Below, piece by piece: positions 29,838 to 39,432 of a stretch of 64,000 nt of DNA. The notes beneath the pieces were generated by a model. The model was not told the DNA's origin, did not search any database, and saw nothing but the letters and a program-made list of their open reading frames with translations. Position numbers and translations under genes: made by a program. The DNA lies in IMG/VR virus record IMGVR_UViG_2565956658_000004, positions 39,937-103,936 of that record. The stretch is one strand, 5' to 3'. Source of the stretch: a virus. Its lineage: Duplodnaviria > Caudoviricetes. Each line of letters begins with the position of its first letter. The first letter of the stretch is position 1.

Positions 29838-32000
29838 TTAATTTTGACCATAAGATAATAGCCCCACGCCATGACGTTTTTCTTCAGTTCGGGCATGTTG
29901 TGAAATTTGATCCATCAATGAACCGCCATTCAAGTTAATGACAGGCTTATTTTGTTGAGTGACATTGATTAAAGTACTTAACTTCGTGCTCAAGTCTTTA
30001 CTTAATTGATTTTGTTGTTGCTGTTCAGAAATCATTTGCTCATATTTAGCATTTGCTTCAAGTGTTGCCTGAGCCTCATCATTTCCACCCAATGCAAGAA
30101 GCTGAGTTATTTTTTCACCGATCCAATCATCCGCTTTTTGACCTGTTTCAGTTTGCATATACATATTACGGATTGCTGTACCAACTCCGTAACCCAATGC
30201 CCCTGATAAGACCACTTGACCAGCTGTAACTGCAAAAGTGCCACCTCGACCTAAAGCTGCGCCAGCTGTAACACCACCACCTCCTGCACGCATTCCTAGA
30301 GCAGCAACACCACCAGCTGCTGCAACTGCTGTTAAGCCTAGAACAGCGGCTGAGGCGGCGGCGGCAACTCCAGCATTCGATGAAGCAAAATCTGCAATAC
30401 CTTGTTTTAAATCACCCAACCAACCAGCTACACCATTATAGTTATCAACACGTGCATTAAATCGAGCAGTATCTAATGCGCTATCTTTACCGTACTCTTG
30501 AGCAGCTTGACGATCATGTGATGTTTGAATTGTACCAACTGAATCATTGATACCTTTTTCAAGATAGTCTTTAAATCCACCTTTTTCCATATTCATGGTG
30601 ATTCCCATGAATGCCATCAATGCTTGTTTATTATGAAAAATTTTGCCAATCTCAGATTGAGCCGCAATTTGTGTTGCTGCCTGTACATTTTCTAAATATT
30701 CAGCATTATTACCCGATGACAATGCTTTTTGAGCTTTGGTCTGATATTCACGATATAAAGGGCTTTTTTGCATTTGTCTGTTCATGAGCATTGCCGCAGC
30801 TTCAACTTCACCAACACCTTTCTCACGCATATTCGCAGCATAGGTTGTCCAATCAAATCCTTTGCGCTTCTTACTTACACCATAGGCAGCAATTGGATCG
30901 CCAGCATCTACTTTAATATGCTTAGCAAAAGAGAGTCCGAGATGGTATTGGCTAAATGAACCAAGCAAATCAGATAAATTAACTGCTGCACCCTCAGCTG
31001 TACCTGCGGTCTTCTTACTAAGTTGCATCATGACAAGCAAATCTTTGTAGCCATTCTCGCCGATATAACCTGCATTTTTACCTTGAGTGAGTAAATCTGG
31101 CATATATCGAGCCATATCACGTAGTTCAAATGATCCTAGCTGACCAGCTTTCATTGCTTGATCATTTGCACGTGTCAAATTAGTCAAACCAAAATTACGT
31201 TGAGCAACAGTCATTAATGCAACATGATCTGCATCAGCACCTGATGCGAACCCAGTACGACTAACTTGCAGCATTACATCTTTTAACTCTTTAAAATCGT
31301 AAACGTTTGAAGCCGTTAAAGTATTCAGCGCTTGCACCATCTGCTGAGGTGATGACCCACCTTTAATCGTTGAATTACGAACAAAGCCCTCCATCTCAGT
31401 TACTTTATTATTAAAGTCGGGTACAGACATCTTTTGTCCTGCAAGCGCTGTATCTGTCGCAAGGCTCATTTGACGCATATAATCGCGAGGGTCTTTTAAA
31501 TAATTTGCGCCGATCATTCCAGCAGCATAAGTACCGCCTGCGATTGCGGCTGTTGTGCCGATGATATTATTACCGCCTGTACCGCCAGCACGAGCATTAT
31601 CGCGTTGCACTTGACCGATCTGTTGTAATTCGTGCCGCAGACGTTCAGCTTCTCTTACTTGTGACCGCAATGCATTAACTTGCACTTGGCATGTACGTTC
31701 TTGCTGTCTAAGTTGTTGTGTAATTAGACTTGATGATCGCTGTTGTTGCTGAAGTATTTGGGCAAGCAAACGATTTGTTTGCACCATACTTTGACCAGTA
31801 CGCAATTGTTGTTGCCCATATCGACCACCTTGTTGTACAGATGAATTAATTTGTTGCTGTGTGCGTAATATCTGATCTAAATTACCTTTTTGCTGTTGTT
31901 GAGCCTGATTAATATTCAGATTTAACCGTTGTACTTGCTGTGCAGCCTGTTGACCGCGTATTTGAAGCGTCAATGAAACTGTAGAATTACTACTACTCAT
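29838..32000 (-). CDS. Tail tape measure protein
   Basis: GQLGSFELRDMARY.P.L motif; Q/A-rich; position. Confidence 0.9.
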   Translation of the reverse strand: MSSSNSTVSLTLQIRGQQAAQQVQRLNLNINQAQQQQKGNLDQILRTQQQINSSVQQGGRYGQQQLRTGQSMVQTNRLLAQILQQQQRSSSLITQQLRQQERTCQVQVNALRSQVREAERLRHELQQIGQVQRDNARAGGTGGNNIIGTTAAIAGGTYAAGMIGANYLKDPRDYMRQMSLATDTALAGQKMSVPDFNNKVTEMEGFVRNSTIKGGSSPQQMVQALNTLTASNVYDFKELKDVMLQVSRTGFASGADADHVALMTVAQRNFGLTNLTRANDQAMKAGQLGSFELRDMARYMPDLLTQGKNAGYIGENGYKDLLVMMQLSKKTAGTAEGAAVNLSDLLGSFSQYHLGLSFAKHIKVDAGDPIAAYGVSKKRKGFDWTTYAANMREKGVGEVEAAAMLMNRQMQKSPLYREYQTKAQKALSSGNNAEYLENVQAATQIAAQSEIGKIFHNKQALMAFMGITMNMEKGGFKDYLEKGINDSVGTIQTSHDRQAAQEYGKDSALDTARFNARVDNYNGVAGWLGDLKQGIADFASSNAGVAAAASAAVLGLTAVAAAGGVAALGMRAGGGGVTAGAALGRGGTFAVTAGQVVLSGALGYGVGTAIRNMYMQTETGQKADDWIGEKITQLLALGGNDEAQATLEANAKYEQMISEQQQQNQLSKDLSTKLSTLINVTQQNKPVINLNGGSLMDQISQHARTEEKRHGVGLLSYGQN

Positions 32001-32004
32001 TTAA

Positions 32005-32549
32005 TTACTCCGTCCGAGGCTTCGAGTTTTTACGCTCAGTTGCAACATAAGTTTTTGTATTTGATGAAGGTGATACATGAGTATTTTGTTGCCGCTCACG
32101 TTCAAGTTTAGCTTTTGCCGATTGAATTAAATCTGCTTTTTCAGCCAAAAATGCCAATGCATACTGCATTGGCATTTTTTCAGCATCTTTTAAATCAATG
32201 CCAGCTTGATGTAATAAAGCAATCAGCTGGATGGGTTCTCTAAACTCTCGGCGTTGAGCTTTAGTTGCAACTCATAATCCATCTCTTCAAATTTTTTAAA
32301 ATTCGCTGAAGATGTATCAGCTAACATTTCATAAGTTACCTGATACTTATTACCTTTATCATCAATCAACTGAATTTTTGCTACCATTTCATGTATTGCA
32401 AAATATTGACCTTCTGTCGCTAAAGTGCGCGCAGCGATAAGTTCACCAGAACTTACATCAGTCAACTCAAACTTTTTGCACTTAACAGCTTTATCTTTAA
32501 CTAAAACAGTCATCGCTACTGCTAATGCACCAATTATACTTAATCTCAT
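32005..32549 (-). CDS. Tail assembly chaperone (32223-32549) with a -1-frame GT-type extension to 32005
   Basis: Lies between tube and tape measure; -1 frame open from about 32270 to the stop at 32005. Confidence 0.7.
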
Positions 32550-32560
32550 TTTTCACCCAA

Positions 32561-32938
32561 TTAGAAAGTTTCTTTCAAATAGTCCATTGCAAACAATGTT
32601 AAATCGCGCATGGTTTCACCATTCACATCGTAAGAATCACCAATGTCTTGTACTTCGCAATCAATATAGGTTTCACGAAAACCACCGTCAGGTGACTCAA
32701 TTGAAATACGTGCATCTTCAATACTGTCCCAGTCAACAGTATCTTTGCTGTTTGGAATTACGACAGAGCAAGTCAAGTCATATAACGTGACACCCTTAGA
32801 TTTATATTTAACTTTCATCTTGCGATTCATCGTCGCAATACGTTTGTTACCTGTGGTTTTTTTTGCACTAAACTTTGAACAGTCATAGTCCTGACCGTCT
32901 ACGCTCATTACAATTGAACCGACTGCTTGTTCAGCCAT
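32561..32938 (-). CDS. Tail tube protein
   Basis: Size, beta-rich sequence, position after the sheath. Confidence 0.8.
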   Translation of the reverse strand: MAEQAVGSIVMSVDGQDYDCSKFSAKKTTGNKRIATMNRKMKVKYKSKGVTLYDLTCSVVIPNSKDTVDWDSIEDARISIESPDGGFRETYIDCEVQDIGDSYDVNGETMRDLTLFAMDYLKETF

Positions 32939-33060
32939 ATTGAGAGACCTCATAAAATCATGAGGCTATTGTGATAAAAATGATTGCTGATTATTAGGCG
33001 GAAAGACTTCCATAAAAATTAAGGCTGCAAAAGCAGCCTTAATTTTCTATCAGAATACGC

Positions 33061-33861
33061 TTAGTAAACGTCCAAAGTACCAGCAATGACATGCATTCCA
33101 CGTACCCAATCCGCAGGAATTTTCGCATTAGCACGATAGCGATCTGTTGCATCTTCAGTAACTGTTAATTCATCTGCACGTGCACGTACATTCTGCAAAA
33201 TCTCTGCATCATCAAGCTGAACTAAACGTTTCAGAATAATAGAGCGTACATTTCGACGTTTTGCTCCTGTATTTTTACGACGACGTTCTTTTGCCAAGTC
33301 AGTACGAAGTACTTTACGTGTGTAGTCAACGACGAGAGCACCATTAATGTCTAACATTAAATCATCATCAGCACCCGAATCAGGATTAATACGATAAGTT
33401 GAAACAGCGCGAACGATTTCAGGTAAACCATCAACACCAGTATCGATCATGCAAACACCGCGATTCAAAGCAAGTTCAATACGGTCAAACTTAAGCTTAT
33501 ATTGATCAGCAACCGCAGTGATACCGCCAAGGTTCACACCATCAAACGGCAAAGCTGGATCATTTGAATCTGCTAATGCAGCAGCCATTGCTCCAGCTAA
33601 CTCAGCTTCTTGACCGATTGCACCATGATAACAAACGCATAAAACGCGATATGAAGTCTTCACTGGAGCTTGTTCAGCAAAATTTTCAGCTGCTTCAATA
33701 TTAGAAAACGGAATAATGATAATTGCTGGCTTGTGATTGATTGCATCACTTACAGAGTTTAAGTGAGCAATCCAAGCCAGTGTCTCCACACCAGCAGATG
33801 GAGGTGCAGACAATGCGATGATTGTGTGCCCAAGTGGTGCAATTGTTTCTTGAATTGACAT
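33061..33861 (-). CDS. Tail sheath, C-terminal part (Mu gpL-like)
   Basis: DPA.PF, IVRAVSTY..N, DY.R, GMHV.A motifs. Confidence 0.88.
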   Translation of the reverse strand: MSIQETIAPLGHTIIALSAPPSAGVETLAWIAHLNSVSDAINHKPAIIIIPFSNIEAAENFAEQAPVKTSYRVLCVCYHGAIGQEAELAGAMAAALADSNDPALPFDGVNLGGITAVADQYKLKFDRIELALNRGVCMIDTGVDGLPEIVRAVSTYRINPDSGADDDLMLDINGALVVDYTRKVLRTDLAKERRRKNTGAKRRNVRSIILKRLVQLDDAEILQNVRARADELTVTEDATDRYRANAKIPADWVRGMHVIAGTLDVY

Positions 33862-33863
33862 TT

Positions 33864-34352
33864 TTAATCCTCAACATTTGTTGAACCTGAGTTAGCATAA
33901 CCACAACTATGTATCAGTGTCGGAACTGCACCATCCAATGATTTCAACATCGGATACAAATCAATAGCTGTTAGACCATTTACACTGATGAGTTGTTCTG
34001 ATGGCGTTTCAATAAATAAGAAATCTATTGGTCTACTTTGATTCGCCCAGTTTTCGTTATTCTGATCAACACCTGATAGCGTGTTTTCATCTACACTCAA
34101 GCGAAATACAGAATAAATAGTTGCCCAGCCATCAACTGGATTACCTAAATACTCATAACCTGCTGCGCGTATTAGCTCTGAAAAAATTGCTGCATATGTA
34201 TAAATACGCTGTGTATCAGAATTAAAACTTGCAGTTTTTGTAGTAGCTACATTATTTTCAGTAACTTCAAAACTTAAATAATAAACAGCGTCAGGAACAC
34301 TTGTAAAAAAATCAGGAAATGATGTGTTTATTGATGTTGCTAAACAATTCAA
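33864..34352 (-). CDS. Unknown domain, probably appended to the sheath N-terminal fragment by a -1 frameshift
   Basis: In the -1 frame downstream of G_GGA_AAG (34373-34367); only a TTG start of its own. Confidence 0.65.
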   Translation of the reverse strand: MNCLATSINTSFPDFFTSVPDAVYYLSFEVTENNVATTKTASFNSDTQRIYTYAAIFSELIRAAGYEYLGNPVDGWATIYSVFRLSVDENTLSGVDQNNENWANQSRPIDFLFIETPSEQLISVNGLTAIDLYPMLKSLDGAVPTLIHSCGYANSGSTNVED

Positions 34353-34624
34353 ATTTCCGCTTGAGACTTTCCCAAGCCCTGCACATCCATAAAACGATTA
34401 GTTGCGATTGCAGCTGCAACCATACGACCAACAACACTGTTTTCACCAAAAGTAGTATCAGCCTTTGCTTTACTGTCAAGGTTGACGGGCATAGTTGTAC
34501 TTTCAGGCTGATTGTCATCAGTAACAAATAAGATTTTGTGCTTATTTTGCGGTAAACCTGAACGTTGAGTGTTCGTATTTACTTCAAAATATTGACCAGG
34601 CGTTTTGATGAGTGGAATAGACAT
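34349..34624 (-). CDS. Tail sheath, N-terminal fragment (91 aa)
   Basis: IKTPG.Y.E.NT...GLP.N...IL and A...FG..S...RM motifs; RBS AAGGAG. Confidence 0.8.
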   Translation of the reverse strand: MSIPLIKTPGQYFEVNTNTQRSGLPQNKHKILFVTDDNQPESTTMPVNLDSKAKADTTFGENSVVGRMVAAAIATNRFMDVQGLGKSQAEI

Positions 34625-34639
34625 TTTCAACTCCTTTTA

Positions 34640-35317
34640 TTACGAAGTTTGAGTTGTTAATTCAGTCGAGAAAACAGTGCTTACATTTGCAAAATGCGCA
34701 CTTAACCAGATTCGTTTCAAGTCAGCTTCAGCAATCGTAACAATGCGCTCTTTCAACAAATTATTGTTTAAATCAGAAACACTTAAAACAACAGTATCAA
34801 TCGCTGTGCGCTCAATTCGTGCTGTGTAAGTCGTATTGTCTTGCAAATCAACTTTATGTTCATCTGACCAATCTCGTCCAGAAATTAACCGCGCAGCTAA
34901 TTCATTCTGAAAAATCACAGCGCCGAGATCGCCCCAACTTCCATACTTCGTACCATCATCAACAGCAAAAGCAAAATAAGTAATGTCAGCAGATGCGAAC
35001 TTAAAGCCGACCGTTGCTGATTCACCAATTGCGAGTGATTTCTTTGCAAATAAACCGTTGTAAGTGCTACCTGTTCCTTCTTCTTCAAACAAACCACCTG
35101 TATAGCTAATGACACCATTTACTAGGACTGCATTAGTCAACTCCCAACCATTGTTGTTAGGGGTTTCAGGTTCAGGCAATGTAATTGTGCCACCTAGGTC
35201 TTCAACTGCTTTAAATAGTGCATTCAGTTTTAAAACATCTGCACCTGTCGCTTGATCACGACCAGTAATTCTGACTGTCATATCTAAATTAACCTCAGTA
35301 TTAATTTCAAAATTCAT
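34640..35317 (-). CDS. Hypothetical virion-associated beta-rich protein
   Basis: Between gp37 and the sheath; Pro/Glu linker then a beta-rich domain. Confidence 0.55.
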   Translation of the reverse strand: MNFEINTEVNLDMTVRITGRDQATGADVLKLNALFKAVEDLGGTITLPEPETPNNNGWELTNAVLVNGVISYTGGLFEEEGTGSTYNGLFAKKSLAIGESATVGFKFASADITYFAFAVDDGTKYGSWGDLGAVIFQNELAARLISGRDWSDEHKVDLQDNTTYTARIERTAIDTVVLSVSDLNNNLLKERIVTIAEADLKRIWLSAHFANVSTVFSTELTTQTS

Positions 35318-35324
35318 TTCTATC

Positions 35325-35933
35325 TCACGGTTTCAATTCGACTAGATCAGATGCATGTACAACATCTTGATCATTGTCAAAGTAATAGTCGGCATTAACA
35401 CGTAATAAATCTTCTTCAGTCGCTTCTTCTTCACGCACGCGATCTGACGCTTCAATAACGTATTGGGTATGAAATTCTTGCGATAAAACGTTGATGGATT
35501 GACTACGAGTTTTGGTATTAAAAATGGTTATAGTGCGCCCAAGCGTAAGTGGTGCAAGACCTTTTACATCAACAGATGACAAATCATTGCCGATCAAAAG
35601 TTTTTGTACATGCTTGAGCATCAAGAAAGTACCAATATCTTGACCAGCACCATGACGTTGGGCTTCTTCATTTCGCACAGAGCGAGCACCAACCAAAACA
35701 ACGAATGTCACTGGATATTCAGTCGTGTTATGACTAGTTTTTTTTGGCGTACCTGAACCTTGGAACGTTACCCAAATCGCTGGAAATGTATCAACCCAAG
35801 CCAAAGTACCGTCATCAAACTCGCCGCCATAAGTTTTGATTTGACGTATCCATGTCCAGATTCCTTGTTGAACCTGTCGAGCCAAGACATCTTTAATGCC
35901 TTGCTCAACAATCGATAGGTCTAGATCTACCAT
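35325..35933 (-). CDS. Mu gp37-like (DUF1834) protein
   Basis: TYGGEFD, PAIWVTF.G, R.E..QR.G. Confidence 0.88.
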   Translation of the reverse strand: MVDLDLSIVEQGIKDVLARQVQQGIWTWIRQIKTYGGEFDDGTLAWVDTFPAIWVTFQGSGTPKKTSHNTTEYPVTFVVLVGARSVRNEEAQRHGAGQDIGTFLMLKHVQKLLIGNDLSSVDVKGLAPLTLGRTITIFNTKTRSQSINVLSQEFHTQYVIEASDRVREEEATEEDLLRVNADYYFDNDQDVVHASDLVELKP

Positions 35934-36355
35934 GACCGCCCCCCAAAATCGCGACGACCAACAACAAGAATGACATTGTTAGAAGAGGTATCTGTAGGGG
36001 CAGATTCGCCAGCTGGTGCACCACCCAAACCCATTTCACCTTTTGAAATTGATTTAAGTTTTTTGCAAGCATCGTCATAGCGAATTTTGATTGGATCATT
36101 TTCAGTAATGGTCTGAGTACAAGCATGATAGCGAGCCATATGACAAGCAATATTGACCAAAAATGGAGGAGTAACTTGTAACGGTAGCGGATAGCGACCT
36201 TGCAACCAACCATCAATTTCACTATTTGCTTCTTCAATCGCTGCATTCAGTTTGTTGTAGTTAATTACATCTTGATAAGGTGCTTCATTATCAGTGAGCT
36301 GGATAATTTCACGCTCACCAAACTTTCCGATCATCGCAGCTACCGTTACATACAT
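35927..36355 (-). CDS. Mu gp36-like head-tail adaptor (DUF1320)
   Basis: MY.T......FG.RE..QLTD, A..EID.WL..RY.LPL. Confidence 0.9.
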   Translation of the reverse strand: MYVTVAAMIGKFGEREIIQLTDNEAPYQDVINYNKLNAAIEEANSEIDGWLQGRYPLPLQVTPPFLVNIACHMARYHACTQTITENDPIKIRYDDACKKLKSISKGEMGLGGAPAGESAPTDTSSNNVILVVGRRDFGGRSW

Positions 36356-36358
36356 AAC

Positions 36359-37285
36359 TTATGCTCCAGTTGAACCAACAGCCATTTGCCACAACCCATA
36401 TCCCGCTGCACCACGTGCTTCAGCACCGTATTTAAACTTTTTACGCATAAATACAGAATCACTTGATGTATCAGTTTGCTGTACAAATACAGGCTTCTTA
36501 CGAGGCTGAAAGATAATGGCTTTGACTGGCTTGGTTGAATCATGCAAGTGCCACTCAGTGTCGGTTTTTAACCAACCCACAACGAGAACTTTTGCAGTAG
36601 CTTTATAAGGATTAGGCTTACCATCTTCCAAACGATCATTCGTCATTAATGCATTTGCAATATCTTCCAAAGCTGGAGGCACAATCAACAAACTCGGTTT
36701 TAAGTTCAGTGGGCGACCTTCTTCATCTTTCACGCTACGCAGCATAGTACGCGCAGCGCCATAACTCGCTTTGGCAGCAGCCAATGAATCAATGCTCAAA
36801 GGCACATTCAGACGATTTGAAACTAGCTTTTTATTTTTACCTTCACCGACTTCATGATTCGTCGCGTAAAACGTTTTACCGTCGTAGCACTGCTCACTAA
36901 AACCATTGGTTAAAGTAGTAAAGACAAGTTCATCTGCCCATTGCTTTGAAGACTCACCAGCCATTTCAGTTTGTGGCTTGTAGATACCTAAATTGTCATC
37001 TTCAATATCATTACGATCAATTTCAACGGTTGCTTCAAAATCATCATTGATGATGGTGTATGCATGACCTGATAACTGTTTTACAACTTTATCGCCGATC
37101 CATTTGCGAAGTTTTGGAAATTTATCAATCCATGCATATGTGTTAGATGCGCCACTGCTAGGTACTTGCATTGCGACTTGATCCCATTGGCTTTCAGCTG
37201 CTTCAAATGCAGCATCAAAAACCTTTTTAAGACTGGTTGCTAATGCATTCACTACACGTTGAGCAGTTTGTTCATTAAAAATCAT
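36359..37285 (-). CDS. Major capsid protein (Mu gpT-like)
   Basis: NTYAW...P.LR.W.G, FE.TV...R.DIEDD.LG.Y, GYG.WQMA. Confidence 0.95.
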   Translation of the reverse strand: MIFNEQTAQRVVNALATSLKKVFDAAFEAAESQWDQVAMQVPSSGASNTYAWIDKFPKLRKWIGDKVVKQLSGHAYTIINDDFEATVEIDRNDIEDDNLGIYKPQTEMAGESSKQWADELVFTTLTNGFSEQCYDGKTFYATNHEVGEGKNKKLVSNRLNVPLSIDSLAAAKASYGAARTMLRSVKDEEGRPLNLKPSLLIVPPALEDIANALMTNDRLEDGKPNPYKATAKVLVVGWLKTDTEWHLHDSTKPVKAIIFQPRKKPVFVQQTDTSSDSVFMRKKFKYGAEARGAAGYGLWQMAVGSTGA

Positions 37286-37288
37286 TGG

Positions 37289-37708
37289 TTAAATCTCCAC
37301 CCAAACGCAATCTTCAAATTGCGTATCAAAACCCACAAAACGACCAGCAAGAGAACGTGTGCCACCACCATCAGTTTTGGCAATGGTCTGGTTATCTTGG
37401 ATATAAACCTGAACACCCAAATTTGCTTGAGCGACTGGATCTGTCGATGAATTACGCACTAAGAATTGCTTATTACGTTGCACTAAGCCCCACATATCAC
37501 CATTTGCACCTGTGTTTTCCGTACTCCCGTCCCAAACACCCAAACAAATCTGATCTGCACCACCGACATCATCAGAAGCGATACCATGCCCAGTACTATC
37601 AATGACTGCAAAAGTGCCTTGTAAAACAAGCGCTGTTGCCAACAATGGAATTGAAATCAAATCTCCATCCCGAACTTCAGTAATAATTGCAATTTCAGTT
37701 TTAGCCAT
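37289..37708 (-). CDS. Head decoration/cement protein
   Basis: N..GA.GD...VYI.D.QT.AKT.G.GTRS.AG...VWVE. Confidence 0.75.
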   Translation of the reverse strand: MAKTEIAIITEVRDGDLISIPLLATALVLQGTFAVIDSTGHGIASDDVGGADQICLGVWDGSTENTGANGDMWGLVQRNKQFLVRNSSTDPVAQANLGVQVYIQDNQTIAKTDGGGTRSLAGRFVGFDTQFEDCVWVEI

Positions 37709-37720
37709 GAAAGTTTCTCC

Positions 37721-38785
37721 TTAAAGCCCTAATTGCCCATCAATTGCGATAGCGATTTCATCAGGCTGGCTTTGTTGTTGCTGTTGACCACCAACAAGAG
37801 TTACAGAACTGGTTTGGCGCTGTGATAAAGCCGCAATTTTTGGCAAGCTTTCAATATGGGTTTTAATAAAATCAGGATTGGTTTTTGCCTGATCTTTCAC
37901 CCAGTCAATAGTTGCTGCGCCAGTTAAACGTCCGTCACTACATGCTGCTACGATTAGATCATCAATTTCTTTTGCTTTGGCTTGCGCTACTGATGTACCA
38001 GCCCGATTCACAGCTTCCTGATAGACAGCGATTGGCACGAACTGAGTGAGATCAGGAGTAGATTGGCTATTTGCTGCAATTTTAAGTTGATCAATTGCTG
38101 CAATTGCGTCAAAAAGGTTCTGACTGTTAGCAGCGAGTGCAACACCTGTTTTTTCTTTAATTTGCTGCTGAAGCTTGCTAAGTTCTGCCAAGATTTCTTC
38201 CGCAGTAGCGGATAACGGCAGATTTAGCATCCAGCGCAATTGTTCTAATAACTCATCCATTTTGGAATCCTGTGATAAATTTTGGGCAAAAAACTCCTGA
38301 GCTGCCGCAGCAAGTTTTGCTTCAGGCAACTGATCTAATGCAGGGGTATTTGTTAGGGCGACATTAATCAGAGTGGTGATTGCACCAGTGCTGTCATACA
38401 AGAACACTGGCGAGATGTATTTGTATTCTTGTGCTTCAATATGGTCTTTGGCTTTCTGTAGCCATTCAAAGTTCGTACTACATAATCCGACTCCTTCAAT
38501 GTAGGTGAAACCAGCAGATTTTAACCATCCCGCAGCTGGAGCTGGATCACCAGTTTGTTTCGACTTTAAAGTGGCATGTTCGTAATCGATGACTGTATCT
38601 ATCTTGCGCTGGTTTAAAGCAGCAACAATTTGTCGACCACGTTCTGGAGTCAAAATCCAGTGTGGGGCATCATAAGGGCGACCATCAATTTCACTGCGAA
38701 AGACACCTTCAGGAATCAATACAAAGTGATCTGATAATGCGGATAAGTCGAATGAGCACGAAGCTGCGAGTAATGTCTTTTTCAT
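37721..38785 (-). CDS. Prohead protease/scaffold (Mu gpI/Z-like)
   Basis: DGRP, IDYEH, APAAGW, Y.YISPVF, ALTN.PAL; internal MDELLEQL scaffold start. Confidence 0.93.
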   Translation of the reverse strand: MKKTLLAASCSFDLSALSDHFVLIPEGVFRSEIDGRPYDAPHWILTPERGRQIVAALNQRKIDTVIDYEHATLKSKQTGDPAPAAGWLKSAGFTYIEGVGLCSTNFEWLQKAKDHIEAQEYKYISPVFLYDSTGAITTLINVALTNTPALDQLPEAKLAAAAQEFFAQNLSQDSKMDELLEQLRWMLNLPLSATAEEILAELSKLQQQIKEKTGVALAANSQNLFDAIAAIDQLKIAANSQSTPDLTQFVPIAVYQEAVNRAGTSVAQAKAKEIDDLIVAACSDGRLTGAATIDWVKDQAKTNPDFIKTHIESLPKIAALSQRQTSSVTLVGGQQQQQSQPDEIAIAIDGQLGL

Positions 38786-38843
38786 GCTGACAGCATTGCA
38801 CTGACAGCAAATTATTATTAGGCGGAAAGACTTCCATTTATTT

Positions 38844-39338
38844 TTATGGATTAAATATTTTATGCCAGTAGTGATCTACATCAATGAAAACTTCTTTTTC
38901 AGCTTCAGGTTGCATATTGCCATCCGTATCAATTGGCATATAAGGACGTGCAGGAATATCACCGAAGGGAATCGGTGCACCACGACTCGTTTTTCCTGAT
39001 TCACCTTTCTTGATACCAAAATGCATGGCGGCTGCATAGGGCATATTATTACTAATCACTGCTTCATCTTGAGTATGACTGGTGACAACTCTGGCTCTTA
39101 GATCACCAGAGCACTGTAAGACACCACTGTATTTTATGCCTTTACGCTCATAGATTTTTAACGTCACTGCCGAGCGTCCTGCCCATTGTGGGCGACCGCC
39201 CATATCAAAATTATCATCTGTCACTGTTGCAAAAGTTGTAGCAATTGCTGCGGCTAATGGTGATGTATTAAGTAAATGACCAGCAACTTGATTAAGACGA
39301 TCAACCAGTGCTTGATCGTTGATTTTTATAGCGCTCAT
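38844..39338 (-). CDS. Virion morphogenesis protein (Mu gpG-like)
   Basis: F...GRP.W, YAA.HFG, IPARPY. Confidence 0.9.
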   Translation of the reverse strand: MSAIKINDQALVDRLNQVAGHLLNTSPLAAAIATTFATVTDDNFDMGGRPQWAGRSAVTLKIYERKGIKYSGVLQCSGDLRARVVTSHTQDEAVISNNMPYAAAMHFGIKKGESGKTSRGAPIPFGDIPARPYMPIDTDGNMQPEAEKEVFIDVDHYWHKIFNP

Positions 39339-39354
39339 AATTTATACTATTCCT

Positions 39355-39432
39355 GAGATGGTAGTTTCCAAATAGAACGGTTACAGGCGAAAGCTATGTA
39401 TTATGCTGTGCAAGTCAGCCACCATCTCACAA
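39355..39432 (+). ncRNA. Putative tRNA-shaped RNA without an anticodon loop
   Basis: TTGATT-18-TATACT promoter (39319-39348); GAGATGG/CCATCTC stem; D-like and T-like arms; GAAA-capped middle arm. Confidence 0.55.

Noticed and set aside
38549-38560. CC+AGTTTGTT as a protospacer for the array-1 spacer in the Mu-like protease gene
   Set aside because: Only 8 nt match before the sequences diverge, which is expected by chance
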